Assembly (NCBI GenBank): GCA_038245295.1
Contig: JBBRSP010000016.1
Span: 54,327-118,326, forward strand
DNA from: Candidatus Binatia bacterium
GTDB lineage: Bacteria; Desulfobacterota; Binatia; HRBIN30
Reading direction: 5' to 3'
DNA: 64,000 bases
A program made the translations under genes and the position numbers. Below are positions 36,038-46,050 of the stretch, one piece after another. Within the stretch, counting starts at the first letter, position 1, and each line of letters opens with the position of its first letter. The notes beneath the pieces are model-generated. The model did no database searches, was not told where the DNA came from, and worked only from the letters and a program-made list of their open reading frames with translations.

Positions 36038-36940
36038 ATGAAATCAAATCTCTGGTGGATCGTCGGAATTGCTCTCGGCGGTCTGCTTGGCTGCGGCGAG
36101 GATGCGGCGGGGCCGGACGCCGCCGTGCCCGCCAATGTCACGGTACGTCAACGCATCGCGCAGTTGGCGCCGGCCGTCACCTTTGCCCACCGCGGCCAGG
36201 GGCCGACGCGTAGCGGCAACCCGGTACCGGAGAATTCACTGGCGGCGTTTCGTGTCGCCATCGCCCAGGGGACCGACGGGCTCGAGATGGACAGTGAGCT
36301 GACCGCCGACGGCCATCTCATCCTGATGCACGACGACATCGTCGACCGCACCACCGAATGCCACGGCTGCGTCAGCATGCTGAGCTTCGACACCATCCGT
36401 CATTGCCGACTGCTCGACGGCGACGGCAACCCGACGCAAGAGGTGCCGCCGACTCTCGATGAAGTGTTCGCGCTGCAGCCGACGAATGTTCTGGTCAACG
36501 TCGAGCTCAAGATCTTCAGCGGCAACTGCCTGACGCCCGGCCACGGCCCCGTTGATATCGCCACGGAAATGGTCGCCACGCTGCGCCGGTTGGGCGTTGA
36601 ACGACGCACCGTTGTGCAGTCGTTCGATCCCGATGCGTTGGCAAGCCTCAAGATGCAGGCGCCCGACCTCTACAGCGCCTTCCTCGTATCCGGCCTGCGG
36701 CCGCGCGATGTTACCACCGCGCTGGCGTTGCACGCCGACGCCATCCAACCGGGAGGACCGTTTCCATTTCTATCCCTGAGCGCCACCGACATCCGCGCCG
36801 CTCTCGATGGCGGCCTCCAGGTGATTCCCTGGACCGTCGATGATGCCGCCTCCATCAACACCCTGCTCGATAAAGGCATCAACGGATTGATCACCGACGA
36901 TCCGGTGCTGGCCAAACAAGTGATCCAGGCCCGACGGTGA
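36038..36940 (+). CDS. Glycerophosphodiester phosphodiesterase, probable lipoprotein
   Basis: LLGC lipobox, AHRG, PENSLAAF, EMD, LMHD, NVELK, QSFD, WTVD, ITDDP. Confidence 0.92.
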   Translation: MKSNLWWIVGIALGGLLGCGEDAAGPDAAVPANVTVRQRIAQLAPAVTFAHRGQGPTRSGNPVPENSLAAFRVAIAQGTDGLEMDSELTADGHLILMHDDIVDRTTECHGCVSMLSFDTIRHCRLLDGDGNPTQEVPPTLDEVFALQPTNVLVNVELKIFSGNCLTPGHGPVDIATEMVATLRRLGVERRTVVQSFDPDALASLKMQAPDLYSAFLVSGLRPRDVTTALALHADAIQPGGPFPFLSLSATDIRAALDGGLQVIPWTVDDAASINTLLDKGINGLITDDPVLAKQVIQARR

Positions 36941-37031
36941 TGCCCCTCCGTTCAGCCGTTGCACCAAGTAGGGGGGCGCTCTGAGCACGGACTGAGGCAC
37001 GCCCAGAGATCGCACCCCCACCTTGGCGTTC

Positions 37032-37814
37032 CTACCGCTCGAGATAGGACTTGGTGAACGTCTCGGGCGGGTTCTGCACGTGTTGCTTGATATCGAGAAT
37101 CTCCAGACGTGAGGTCGACTGGGTCTGGACGTTCTCCATCGTCTGATCCAGCGGCGTCCACACACCGTCGACGTCTTCGAGACGCTGCGCCTGCCAGACT
37201 TTCAGAAGTGCACCCGCCGTGTCGAAGTATTCGGTTCGCAAACTGACGTTGATGTCGGGCGCAACGCAGTAATCGATCTTGCCATAGGGATAGCCCGCCT
37301 TGGTCGGCACGGCTTCGACCTTCTCGCAGGCACGGCCGTGGATCGTCGCACTGCCTTTGCGGTCGTAGCGGAACTCATTCAGGTCCGGGATGTTGATATC
37401 GATCATGTAGAACGTCGAGCCGAGGAACGAGTGCTCGAGGGTCCACTGCGGCACACGCACGCTGCGTCGCACCACCGGTACGAACGTGTAGTGTTCATCC
37501 TCGCCCTGGTCGCGATCAAACGACAAGAAGCGCGTTCCTTTGACGATGTAGGGCGCGGTGATTTCCATATACGTGGAGCTGCCGTTGTCATTCTGGGTGT
37601 GGCGAACTTCGAGGACATGGGTCAGCCCCCCCTGCGCCGACAGCCGCAGGTGCGCTGAAAAGGAAACCTTGGTCTGATCGAACATCGCTTTCACCAGACG
37701 ACGCGCTTCGCCATCGTCGGCTCGACTCACCCCGGCCAAGAGCAGCGCACCGAACGTCAGCAGCACAGCCGTGACAGCGCACCGAAGTTGGCGGTTTTGG
37801 TTGGTCGTGTTCAT
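37032..37814 (-). CDS. LolA-like outer-membrane lipoprotein-sorting protein
   Basis: Signal peptide; VKGTRFLSFD, VRRSVRV, SFLGSTFYMID, EYFDTAGALLK, TMENVQTQSTS. Confidence 0.75.
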   Translation of the reverse strand: MNTTNQNRQLRCAVTAVLLTFGALLLAGVSRADDGEARRLVKAMFDQTKVSFSAHLRLSAQGGLTHVLEVRHTQNDNGSSTYMEITAPYIVKGTRFLSFDRDQGEDEHYTFVPVVRRSVRVPQWTLEHSFLGSTFYMIDINIPDLNEFRYDRKGSATIHGRACEKVEAVPTKAGYPYGKIDYCVAPDINVSLRTEYFDTAGALLKVWQAQRLEDVDGVWTPLDQTMENVQTQSTSRLEILDIKQHVQNPPETFTKSYLER

Positions 37815-38010
37815 ACCAGATGCCACTGCAAGCAGTGCACCGGACACGCCTTGGCAATGCTTGCGACAACGCGGCCCGCGCGCGCACCCGATCGCGGGAA
37901 TCGGCCCTGACTGTTTCCCAATTCTGAATCACCACGCCGGCATCCGGCCGCGCCCCATCCGCGTCGAGCGTCTGGCACACGCCTCGCTTCGTCACTCACC
38001 AGGAGGCATT

Positions 38011-39855
38011 GTGCGCAGACGACGAGCATGGCCGCTGATCCTCTTCGGGGCAGGGTTCCTCTTCTGCTCGGAGTCCAACCCGGCGGCAGCGTTCCAGCTT
38101 CCGGAGTCGTTACAGCTCAGCGGCAACGTCGAAAGTCAGACGCTGATACGACATAGCAACCCAACCCACTTCCAATTGGTGCAGAACCGCAATGTCTTGC
38201 GCCTGCACACCGAGTGGGACTGGCAGAAGGAGGGCCAACCCACGCCGGCCTTCTCGCTGCCCTTCGCCTCGAATGTGCACCTGAGCCTCCTGTATCGCGG
38301 CGTGTACGACAGCTTCTACGATATCAACCCTGGGGATCGGCAGCGCGGGCAGGAACGGACCGACGATCTGGTCGGCGGACGCGTCGGCAACCTCTCACAC
38401 TCACAACGCACGGATCTAAAGTTCGACAACGATCTGCGCGAGGGATTCGTCGACATGACGCTGCGAGCCCTGCCCCTGAGCTTTCGCTTCGGGCGCCAGC
38501 AGGTCGTTTGGGGGGAATCCGACCACTTCCGCTTGATGGATCTTTGGAATCCACTCGATGTCCGCTGGCACATGCATCAAGAGGCGATGTGGGACGAGAT
38601 CCGCATGCCGCTGTGGCTGCTCAAGGGCGTCTACAACATCGGCACGATCGGTCCACTGAGCGATGCCTACGCCGAGCTGGTCTACAATCCCGGCGACTAC
38701 CAACCAGGAATCCGCGCCGACTACCTGCCACGGCCCTGGGCGCTGCCGTTCCCCGACCCGACACGGCAGGGACAGATCCAATACGACCCGGTCACCAAAG
38801 CCAACTTCAGCCCACGCATCGATTTACAGGGCACCAGTGATCACCAGGGCGACTTCCATCGCAACCCAGCCGAAGCCAGCGAGGTCGGCACACGCGTGTA
38901 CGCCAAGACACCGCACGGAATCGAATTTACCCTGAACTACTTCTACGGCCGTGGGCGCAACATCGGGGCCTCGTTGCCGGTGGCGCTGCGGGTCGAATCG
39001 GTCAACCTGCCGGGATTGCCGGGCCTCGGTGGCGTACCGATCGGCAAGTACCAGGTCGACAGCAACAACCCATCCGACGTGCGCGACGTCTATCCGGTCG
39101 ACTTGAAGGCCAAGATCGTCCATCCGTACCTGAACGTCGCCGGGTTCACCGCGAAGTACTACGACGCGGCGTTCACCAACACCTCGTATCGCATGGAGAC
39201 AGCCTACGTCTTCGGCTCCCCCTTCCACACCGTCGAAAGCGACAAGCTGGTGCGCACCACCTTGCGCGGCCGTGACATTCCGGGGCTCAATCTGCCGACC
39301 GCACCGCTGGGATTCACCAAACGCGATGTCTGGTCCGGCATGCTCGGCTTCGACCGCGCCGCGATGTTGGAGAGTGTCAACCAGGAGGCGCCGTGGATCT
39401 TCAGCGGCCAATTCTTCTGGACTTACACCACCGGCAAGTTCGTCGACCAGTTGCGCGGCAATGCCGGCACGTCCGAAGCACCCTACTTCGGCAACGTCGG
39501 CGTATGGAAACAAGGACAATACGCCGGTCGTGTGGAACGCCAGCAGGATGCGCGTCAGGTCGGCAACGGCGACGACATCCACCGCTGGGAGCATTTGATC
39601 ACCCTGAGCGCCACCAGCTTCTATCGCAACAGCACCATCGTGCCGATCCTCGCCAACGTGTTCGACCCGGTGAATCTGAATGACTCGGTGTTGTGGTCGA
39701 TCGACTACTTCATGACCAGCAACTTCATCGTCACCGTCAAGCAGTCGTTCTACACCGACTTCGGCGCCAACGTTCCCAGCAATGACCCGTGGTACGTCGG
39801 CGGCCGCCTACACCGCCGCGACGAGACCGGCGTCAAGGTTACCTACCAGTTCTAA
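38011..39855 (+). CDS. DUF1302-like outer-membrane beta-barrel protein
   Basis: RBS AGGAGG before GTG 38011, signal peptide, LREGFVD, RFGRQQVVWGESD, C-terminal VKVTYQF. Confidence 0.7.
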   Translation: MRRRRAWPLILFGAGFLFCSESNPAAAFQLPESLQLSGNVESQTLIRHSNPTHFQLVQNRNVLRLHTEWDWQKEGQPTPAFSLPFASNVHLSLLYRGVYDSFYDINPGDRQRGQERTDDLVGGRVGNLSHSQRTDLKFDNDLREGFVDMTLRALPLSFRFGRQQVVWGESDHFRLMDLWNPLDVRWHMHQEAMWDEIRMPLWLLKGVYNIGTIGPLSDAYAELVYNPGDYQPGIRADYLPRPWALPFPDPTRQGQIQYDPVTKANFSPRIDLQGTSDHQGDFHRNPAEASEVGTRVYAKTPHGIEFTLNYFYGRGRNIGASLPVALRVESVNLPGLPGLGGVPIGKYQVDSNNPSDVRDVYPVDLKAKIVHPYLNVAGFTAKYYDAAFTNTSYRMETAYVFGSPFHTVESDKLVRTTLRGRDIPGLNLPTAPLGFTKRDVWSGMLGFDRAAMLESVNQEAPWIFSGQFFWTYTTGKFVDQLRGNAGTSEAPYFGNVGVWKQGQYAGRVERQQDARQVGNGDDIHRWEHLITLSATSFYRNSTIVPILANVFDPVNLNDSVLWSIDYFMTSNFIVTVKQSFYTDFGANVPSNDPWYVGGRLHRRDETGVKVTYQF

Positions 39856-39932
39856 GATCGCCCAACCGCCATCTCAGTGGTGGGGTCATTTCAACCGAGT
39901 GCCCATGAGCCCCCGCGTTGTTGGAGACCAAG

Positions 39933-40082
39933 CTCCCCCTCTCCCACTTAGAATGGATTTGTTGATCGGTGGGAGAGGGCCGGGGTGAGGGCTCGCGCCT
40001 GTGCTGGCTGGATCCCGCGGGCCGACGCTCACCCTAACCCTCTCCCACGGTCTGTGATCTAATTCACGGTGCGAGAGGGGAG
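39933..40082. repeat. CCCTCTCCC...GGGAGAGGG palindromic repeat cluster
   Basis: CCCCTCTCCCAC...GTGGGAGAGGGCCGGGGTGAGGG and CTCACCCTAACCCTCTCCC...GAGAGGGGAG. Confidence 0.7.
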
Positions 40083-40205
40083 TTCGCGATTCCACAACTT
40101 CTTCTGAGGAAATGACACCACTACCTCCATATGCGCCGCTCTGGCGCCTGTCGCCGACTTGCGATATCCGACGACACCGCACGTCGCACCAGGAGCCAAA
40201 CGAAC

Positions 40206-41099
40206 ATGCCGAAACTCTCGTCGATCACCGACATCGGACCCAAAACCAAGCTGTGTGCCTTGATCGGTAACCCGGTCGAGCACTCCATGTCGCCGGCCAT
40301 CCACAACCGCGCCTTTGCCGAGCTCGGCCTCGACTATGTCTACGTCGCCTTCCGCGTCGAAGACGTCGGCGCTGCCATTGCCGGCATGCGCGCCTTGGAG
40401 AATTTTCGCGGCATGAGTGTGACCATTCCTCACAAGGTTGCGGTCATCCCGCACCTCGATGAGGTCAACGCCGTCGATCGCGGCATCGGCTCGGTAAACA
40501 CGGTGTTGAACGACGGCGGCAAGCTGCACGGTTTCGGCACCGATGGACCAGGCGCGCTCAAGGCGCTTACGGATGCCGGGGTCCGGGTCAGCGGCCGCAA
40601 CGTCACCGTCCTCGGCACCGGCGGCGCGGCACGCGCCATTGCCTTCACGCTAGCGACCAAGGCGAAGCCAAAGTCGCTGCACCTGCTGGGTGTCGTCGCC
40701 CCCGAATTGAAAGCGCTGACACGCGATCTACAGCGCAAGACCAAGGCCGCTGTCAGCGGAGCAATGCTCGATCCGCAAAGCCTCGAGGCGCGGCTCGCCG
40801 ATACCCACGTGCTCGTCCACTGCACCCCGATCGGCATGCATCCGAACGTCAAGAACAGCGTCGTACCGAAGTCGCTGCTGCATCGCGATCTGGCGGTGAT
40901 GGACATCGTCTACAACCCGATCAAGACGCAGCTGCTCGCCGACGCGCAGTCGCGCGGGCTGACCACCGTCTCCGGCGTCGACATGTTCGTCAACCAGGCC
41001 GTCCTGCAATTCGAATTGTGGACCGGCAAGAAGGCGCCGCGCGACATCATGCGCAAAGTTGTCCTGGCGCATCTCGGTGGCAAGGCGCACAAGAAATGA
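40206..41099 (+). CDS. aroE: Shikimate dehydrogenase
   Basis: GNPVEHSMSPAIHN, SVTIPHK, GSVNT, GTGGAARA, TPIGM, DIVYNP, QAVLQFELWTG. Confidence 0.95.
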   Translation: MPKLSSITDIGPKTKLCALIGNPVEHSMSPAIHNRAFAELGLDYVYVAFRVEDVGAAIAGMRALENFRGMSVTIPHKVAVIPHLDEVNAVDRGIGSVNTVLNDGGKLHGFGTDGPGALKALTDAGVRVSGRNVTVLGTGGAARAIAFTLATKAKPKSLHLLGVVAPELKALTRDLQRKTKAAVSGAMLDPQSLEARLADTHVLVHCTPIGMHPNVKNSVVPKSLLHRDLAVMDIVYNPIKTQLLADAQSRGLTTVSGVDMFVNQAVLQFELWTGKKAPRDIMRKVVLAHLGGKAHKK

Positions 41100-41602
41100 A
41101 TCTGGTACTGATCGGTTATCGCGGCACCGGCAAGTCGACCATCGGCCGGCGCCTCGCCGGCAAACTAAATCGGCAAGTGGTCAGCCTCGACCAGGAGATC
41201 GTCCGTCACGCCGGCCGACCGATTCCCGAAATCGTCAAGGAACACGGCTGGCCGCACTTCCGCGACATGGAAGCGGAGATCACCAAGAAGTTTGCGGCGC
41301 AGGACAATCTGGTCATCGATTGTGGTGGCGGCGTCATCTTGCGCCCCGACAATGTCGAGAACTTGCGGAGCAACGGCATGTTGTTCTGGCTGCGCGCCGC
41401 GGTACCGACGATCGTGGCGCGCATCGAAGGCGGCACGCAGCGACCGGCGCTCACCGAGGGCAAGAGCTTCACCGAAGAGGTCGAAGAGGTTCTGCGCGAA
41501 CGCACGCCGCTGTATGCCGCCGCGGCGCACCACACGGTCGACACCGACGGCCGACGGCCCGATCAGCTCGTCGCCGATATCGCGCGGCTGTTCGGCGCCT
41601 GA
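41096..41602 (+). CDS. aroK: Shikimate kinase
   Basis: GYRGTGKST P-loop, GWPHFRDME, CGGG, RPAL, RTPLY; ATGA overlap with aroE. Confidence 0.93.
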   Translation: MNLVLIGYRGTGKSTIGRRLAGKLNRQVVSLDQEIVRHAGRPIPEIVKEHGWPHFRDMEAEITKKFAAQDNLVIDCGGGVILRPDNVENLRSNGMLFWLRAAVPTIVARIEGGTQRPALTEGKSFTEEVEEVLRERTPLYAAAAHHTVDTDGRRPDQLVADIARLFGA

Positions 41603-41632
41603 GGATACACCGGTTCTGCACCGCAGGCTGAA

Positions 41633-41803
41633 GAGGTTGTCTCAACACCTAGGCTCACCCTTCGTCCTTCGACAAGCTCAGGATGAGCCGGGCTCAGGGT
41701 GAGCGGACAAATATCTTTGAAATCAACCGAGCAACCGCTCATGGTGAGCTCGTCGAACCAGGAGCCTGTCGAAGCCGGCTCAGTAAGTTTTCGAGACAGC
41801 CTC
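41633..41803. mobile_element. 171-bp MITE inserted in a REP loop, 4-bp target duplication TGAA
   Basis: Ends GAGGTTGTCTC and GAGACAGCCTC; flanks CCGCAGGC-TGAA and TGAA-GCCTGCGCCTACC reconstruct the REP seen intact at 32321-32345. Confidence 0.8.
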
Positions 41804-41836
41804 TGAAGCCTGCGCCTACCGATCTGCCTGAGTTGG

Positions 41837-43486
41837 CTAATGCGGTTGCAGCGATCGCATATACTCAGCCACGATGTGATCCGGCATCCACTGGCGCGGC
41901 TCGCAGCGGCCGCGATCCGGCACATACGCGCGTAGTGGCGCGTCGTAGAGGCCCAGGTTCAACGCGACGATGCGACGCAAGCGATCACCCGTGAACAAGG
42001 GGCCGACGTAGATCGGCCGGACGTGGTCGTAGTAGTCGCGCAGGATCGGGTCCTGCAGCTTGTTGATGCCGGAGCGCCGCGTTTCTTCGTAACCAGTCGG
42101 CAGGCAGCGATAGAAGTGCCCGGCCCGCCACACACCGGAGACCGGCAGCCGTGCCAGGAACGGATCAGCCAACGCCAACGGATCGAGGATGATCTTGTTT
42201 GTACCGGCGTAGTAGCCGAAGACACCAATGGCGGGTTCAATCGCAAATCTTTCCGCTTGTGAGCGGAATGTCAGGCCCTTGGCCGCGTCCATGGTATCCG
42301 GGAACGGTGGCTCGCCGCGTAGCGCCAGATAGCGGGTGAAGCTCAGAGGACCGTCGCGCGGTTCCTTGCCCTTGACGACGCCCGCGTAGGCGATCGCGTC
42401 GTCCATTGGATTACGTTCGGCATCCCTGAAGGTGCTGTAGGGAAACGACCACTGGTAAACGAGCAGCAACACAAGGACGGCGAGCGGCGCACGCCAGGTC
42501 CAGCGACACAACGCAGCCACCCGCGTCACCGACAAGAGCACGATCGGCCCGTAGAAACGCCCGCCCATGTAGTCGGCGCCGATCCACGTGATGTAGACGC
42601 ACGTGGAGACAATTGCAGCAGATGTCGCCAGAGACAGCCGCGATCTCTGCGCCACCACCGCCAACGCCGCGAGGAGAATCGCGATCATCGACAGCGGGTC
42701 GTGGACCACAGCGTAGCGCCAGTAGTGCTGACTCTGGCGGATCAATTCGTAGCGCCCGATGCCATGCGGAAGTTTGGCGAAGGCCGTATTGGGGATTGGG
42801 CTACCGTAATAGAGTACGCTGAAGGTGCTCCACAGCAGCAGCGGCACAGCAATGTACAAAGCTCGCCTCAGCCGCCGCCGCGATGTCACCTCGCCGTCGA
42901 GCAGCAGCAAGAGAAGGAACGGCCAGAGCAACATCAACGTGTCGTGCCGTGTGACGAGCAGCAGTCCCGCAGATACAGCAGCATAGTCGCGCGTCGTTTT
43001 GGCGCGCTCGCCCACGATCATACCGACCAGGACGACGGTCAGAAGAAAATAGAGCAGCGCATTTTCAAGGCCGCCGGCGGTGAAGTCCATCCACCCGGCA
43101 CACGACACCAGGCAACCGACGGCGGTAGCCCACACCAAGGTGTTCGAGGCGACCCGGCGAAGGTTGCAGATCGCGGCGAGCGACAAGACATAGCCGGCCG
43201 CAATCGATGCCAAATAGAGATCCGTCGTGACGCCCCGTAGGATGAGCTGACACAACATCCACAGGGGACTGGTGTAGACCTGCACACGCTCATCGGGATT
43301 CCACACCAGGCCGTTGCCGGCGAAGAATTGCTCGGCGACGCGAAAGTAGATGTGGGCGTCCTCCGAGACCCAGGCATTGAGAAAGTAGAGAACCGAAAAC
43401 CCAACGACGACGAGTGCCACCAACCATCCACGCAGCCACGAGGGAACAACAGTGGGTTCGGGATGCAGGGACGATTCAGGTTCCAC
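41837..43486 (-). CDS. GT-C membrane glycosyltransferase, AftB-like N-terminal motif
   Basis: WVSEDAHIYFRV...GNGLVWNPDERVQVYTSPLW, GLEN, TRHD, YYGSPIPNTAFAK, GADYM. Confidence 0.7.
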   Translation of the reverse strand: MEPESSLHPEPTVVPSWLRGWLVALVVVGFSVLYFLNAWVSEDAHIYFRVAEQFFAGNGLVWNPDERVQVYTSPLWMLCQLILRGVTTDLYLASIAAGYVLSLAAICNLRRVASNTLVWATAVGCLVSCAGWMDFTAGGLENALLYFLLTVVLVGMIVGERAKTTRDYAAVSAGLLLVTRHDTLMLLWPFLLLLLLDGEVTSRRRLRRALYIAVPLLLWSTFSVLYYGSPIPNTAFAKLPHGIGRYELIRQSQHYWRYAVVHDPLSMIAILLAALAVVAQRSRLSLATSAAIVSTCVYITWIGADYMGGRFYGPIVLLSVTRVAALCRWTWRAPLAVLVLLLVYQWSFPYSTFRDAERNPMDDAIAYAGVVKGKEPRDGPLSFTRYLALRGEPPFPDTMDAAKGLTFRSQAERFAIEPAIGVFGYYAGTNKIILDPLALADPFLARLPVSGVWRAGHFYRCLPTGYEETRRSGINKLQDPILRDYYDHVRPIYVGPLFTGDRLRRIVALNLGLYDAPLRAYVPDRGRCEPRQWMPDHIVAEYMRSLQPH

Positions 43487-43711
43487 GAATGGGTCCGCCG
43501 GGTGGTCGCGTTCCTAGCATACCTCGTCGAAAATTCTCGCCCTCCCAGCGCTGAGAAGCGGACTCGGCGGACATCCCTGTTGTGAGAAACCGATCCGCAA
43601 GCCACCGCGCCGGAAGTAGAAAAGCAGCGAGTCGCGTTGAGGCACAGAGGTTGATACTCATTGGAACGGGAGGGCGTGAGTGAACACTCGATGCATCGTT
43701 GAGGGGATCCT

Positions 43712-44962
43712 GTGTCGACGGGCACGGGCGCGGCGGCTTGGATTCCTGCTCGCGGGAGGATCTCACTAGTGTCAGCTCCTTCTGTCATCGCCGAGCCGGT
43801 ACCGGCTCCAATCGCACTGGCTGCGTCGCGTTGGCGGCGCGAGCCGTTCCGGCTGTTCTTCCCTTTGGGCGTCTTGCTCGCGTGGGTCGGCGTCGGTCAC
43901 TGGGTGCTCTACGCGAGTGGAGTCACTCTCACCTACCCCGGTCGCTTCCACGGGCTGGTGCAGATGCAGGGTTTTGCGATGGCGTTTGCGGTCGGCTTCC
44001 TGCTGACGGCGCTGCCGCGGCGCACCCAGACGCAGCCGGCGACCTATCTCGAGTTGGCGGCGCTCGCCGTCGGCCTCGTCGTCGTCACCATTGCCGGCAT
44101 GACGGAACGCTGGGTCATCGCCGAGGCGGCGTATGCCGGACTGTTGCTGCTGTTGATTCAATTCGCGGTGCGACGCTTTCTCGGCCGTGCGGCCGGTCGG
44201 CGACCACCGGCGGCGTTTGTGCTCCTACCGATTGCCTTCCTACAGGGATTGGTCGGCGCCTTCCTGATCGCCACCGCCGACATCGAAAGCATGCCGCTCG
44301 GCAGCGGGCTGCTCGGGCGGCTGTTGGTACATCAAGGTGTCTTCCTCTGCCTCGCCATGGGTGTGGGCAGTCTGGTGTTGCCGTTGATGGCTGGTGCGCC
44401 GCCACCGCCGGACCTCGGCTCGACACCACGCGAAACATGGAAAGCAGTGGCATACGCGTTTGCCGGCTTGCTCATCATTGTCAGCCTCGGGCTCGAACAC
44501 ATCGGCTTCCTGCACAGCGGCCCACTCCTGCGCGGCGTCGTGGTAGCGATCGGGCTTGGCGTCGGCGGCGGCGCCTGGCGGCGGCCGGCCAGGCCGGGGT
44601 TACATCGGCAGTTGGTCTGGGTGTCCGCCTGGCTCATGCCGATTGGCTTAATCGCGGCGGGCTTGTGGCCCGACTACCGGCTGCCGGCATTGCACATCCT
44701 GTTTATTGGCGGCTTCAGTTTAATGGTGTTTGGTGTCGCCACGCATGTCGTCGTCAGTCATCTCGACATGAATGATCTCGCCGAAGGGCGACCACCGGTG
44801 GTGATCGCCCTGGCCGTCTTGTTTACGCTGGCGCTGTTGGCGCGTGTGGTCGCCGATTTCAGCGCCACGTATATGATTCACCTCGGCTGGGCCGCCGGCG
44901 TGTGGTTGCTGGGCTCGCTGCTTTGGTTGCTCTTCTTCGGCCCGAAGCTTCTTCGACGCTAG
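43712..44962 (+). CDS. nnrS: NnrS family membrane protein
   Basis: EPFRLFFPLG, FHGLVQMQGF, GFLLTALP, ALHILFIGG; exact start uncertain. Confidence 0.8.
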   Translation: MSTGTGAAAWIPARGRISLVSAPSVIAEPVPAPIALAASRWRREPFRLFFPLGVLLAWVGVGHWVLYASGVTLTYPGRFHGLVQMQGFAMAFAVGFLLTALPRRTQTQPATYLELAALAVGLVVVTIAGMTERWVIAEAAYAGLLLLLIQFAVRRFLGRAAGRRPPAAFVLLPIAFLQGLVGAFLIATADIESMPLGSGLLGRLLVHQGVFLCLAMGVGSLVLPLMAGAPPPPDLGSTPRETWKAVAYAFAGLLIIVSLGLEHIGFLHSGPLLRGVVVAIGLGVGGGAWRRPARPGLHRQLVWVSAWLMPIGLIAAGLWPDYRLPALHILFIGGFSLMVFGVATHVVVSHLDMNDLAEGRPPVVIALAVLFTLALLARVVADFSATYMIHLGWAAGVWLLGSLLWLLFFGPKLLRR

Positions 44963-45459
44963 CCGCGCTTCGTCGCTTTACGCGCCGGCTTTTTGAGACG
45001 GCTGCCGCCCTTCGAGGCGCGCACCGTCAACACCGGACAGGAGGCCATGCGGACGACCTTTTCGGCGACGCTGCCAAGCAACATATGCGACAAGCCGCTG
45101 CGGCCGTGTGTCGACATGACGATTAGATCGGCCTTGAGCTTCTTGGCAGCGGCGACGATCTGTTCCGACGGCACGCCGTCCAGCAAGACCGTGCGACAGT
45201 CGATCCGCCGCTTCTTCAATTCCTTCGCGACCTTGGCGAGTTGATCGTCACACAGCTGGCGCTGCTCGCCGAGGAGCGTCGCCAGATCTGGAGTCCCCGC
45301 CCCAACGCCAAACGGCGAGCTGAACGGGATCACGTCGAGCGCCGAGACGACGATCAGTTTGGCCCGCGTCGAACGCCCCAGCTCAACGGCATAGTCGAGG
45401 GCATGCATCGACGCGGCTGAGAAATCGATAGGGACAAGAATCGTTGTGATCATGTTCAT
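44959..45459 (-). CDS. Universal stress protein (UspA family)
   Basis: ILVPIDFS, ADLIVMSTHGRSG, LLGSVAEKVVRMASCPVLTV; RBS GGAGGA. Confidence 0.93.
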   Translation of the reverse strand: MNMITTILVPIDFSAASMHALDYAVELGRSTRAKLIVVSALDVIPFSSPFGVGAGTPDLATLLGEQRQLCDDQLAKVAKELKKRRIDCRTVLLDGVPSEQIVAAAKKLKADLIVMSTHGRSGLSHMLLGSVAEKVVRMASCPVLTVRASKGGSRLKKPARKATKRG

Positions 45460-45630
45460 CGGACCATTCCTCCATAAACTGGTAGAGCAACTACGCTGCC
45501 ACGCGAAAAACGCCTCGGCCTGGCAGCTGCACTCTCGCCACCGTTCCTGCTCAGCTTGAGCGCTAAGGTTCATATTCGCAAGCCTGAGAAATGCACTGCA
45601 TCCCCGCACCCGGGGCACACCGCAGGTTTA

Positions 45631-46015
45631 AGGATTGCATCCCAAACTTAGTTAGTACTGTTCGGCACAAATGCGGTGACGTATCCGCAACAGCTCACCC
45701 TTCGACAGGCCCATGAACATGATCTGCCCCGGGCTCATCCTGGTTCGGCTTGGCCGAGCTGCCTACGGAAGCACTAGTTCCCTCTCCCAGCTCGAACGGT
45801 TCGGCAACATCTGGGAGAGGGTTAGGGTGAGGGTTTGTCCCTGCGGACTCGGAAGCCGATGCGGACCCTCACCCCGACCCTCTCCCACCTTCTGAGGTTC
45901 CGCCGGAAGTGGGAGAGGGAGCGCTTGCCTTTCGTCCCGCTTGGGCGACTGCCGGAGATGAACCCGCTCCGGCTGAGCCCGTCGAAGCCGGCCCCGCAGG
46001 TTTTGAGACAGCCTC
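45631..46015. mobile_element. Degenerate composite MITE of the GAGGCTGTCTC family with nested CCCTCTCCC repeat
   Basis: Right end TTTTGAGACAGCCTC; internal GCTCACCCTTCGAC and GTCGAAGCCGG shared with 41633 and 63872 copies; TTTA on both flanks; CACCGCAGG and CCTGCGGTG outside; left end eroded. Confidence 0.55.
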
Positions 46016-46050
46016 TTTAGGTCCTGCGGTGAACCGAGCCTCAGGTTGAG

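Noticed and set aside
45631..46015. CRISPR array or integron attC sites among the palindromic repeats
   Set aside because: No regularly spaced identical direct repeats with unique spacers, no cas or integrase gene; repeats are dispersed intergenic hairpins.
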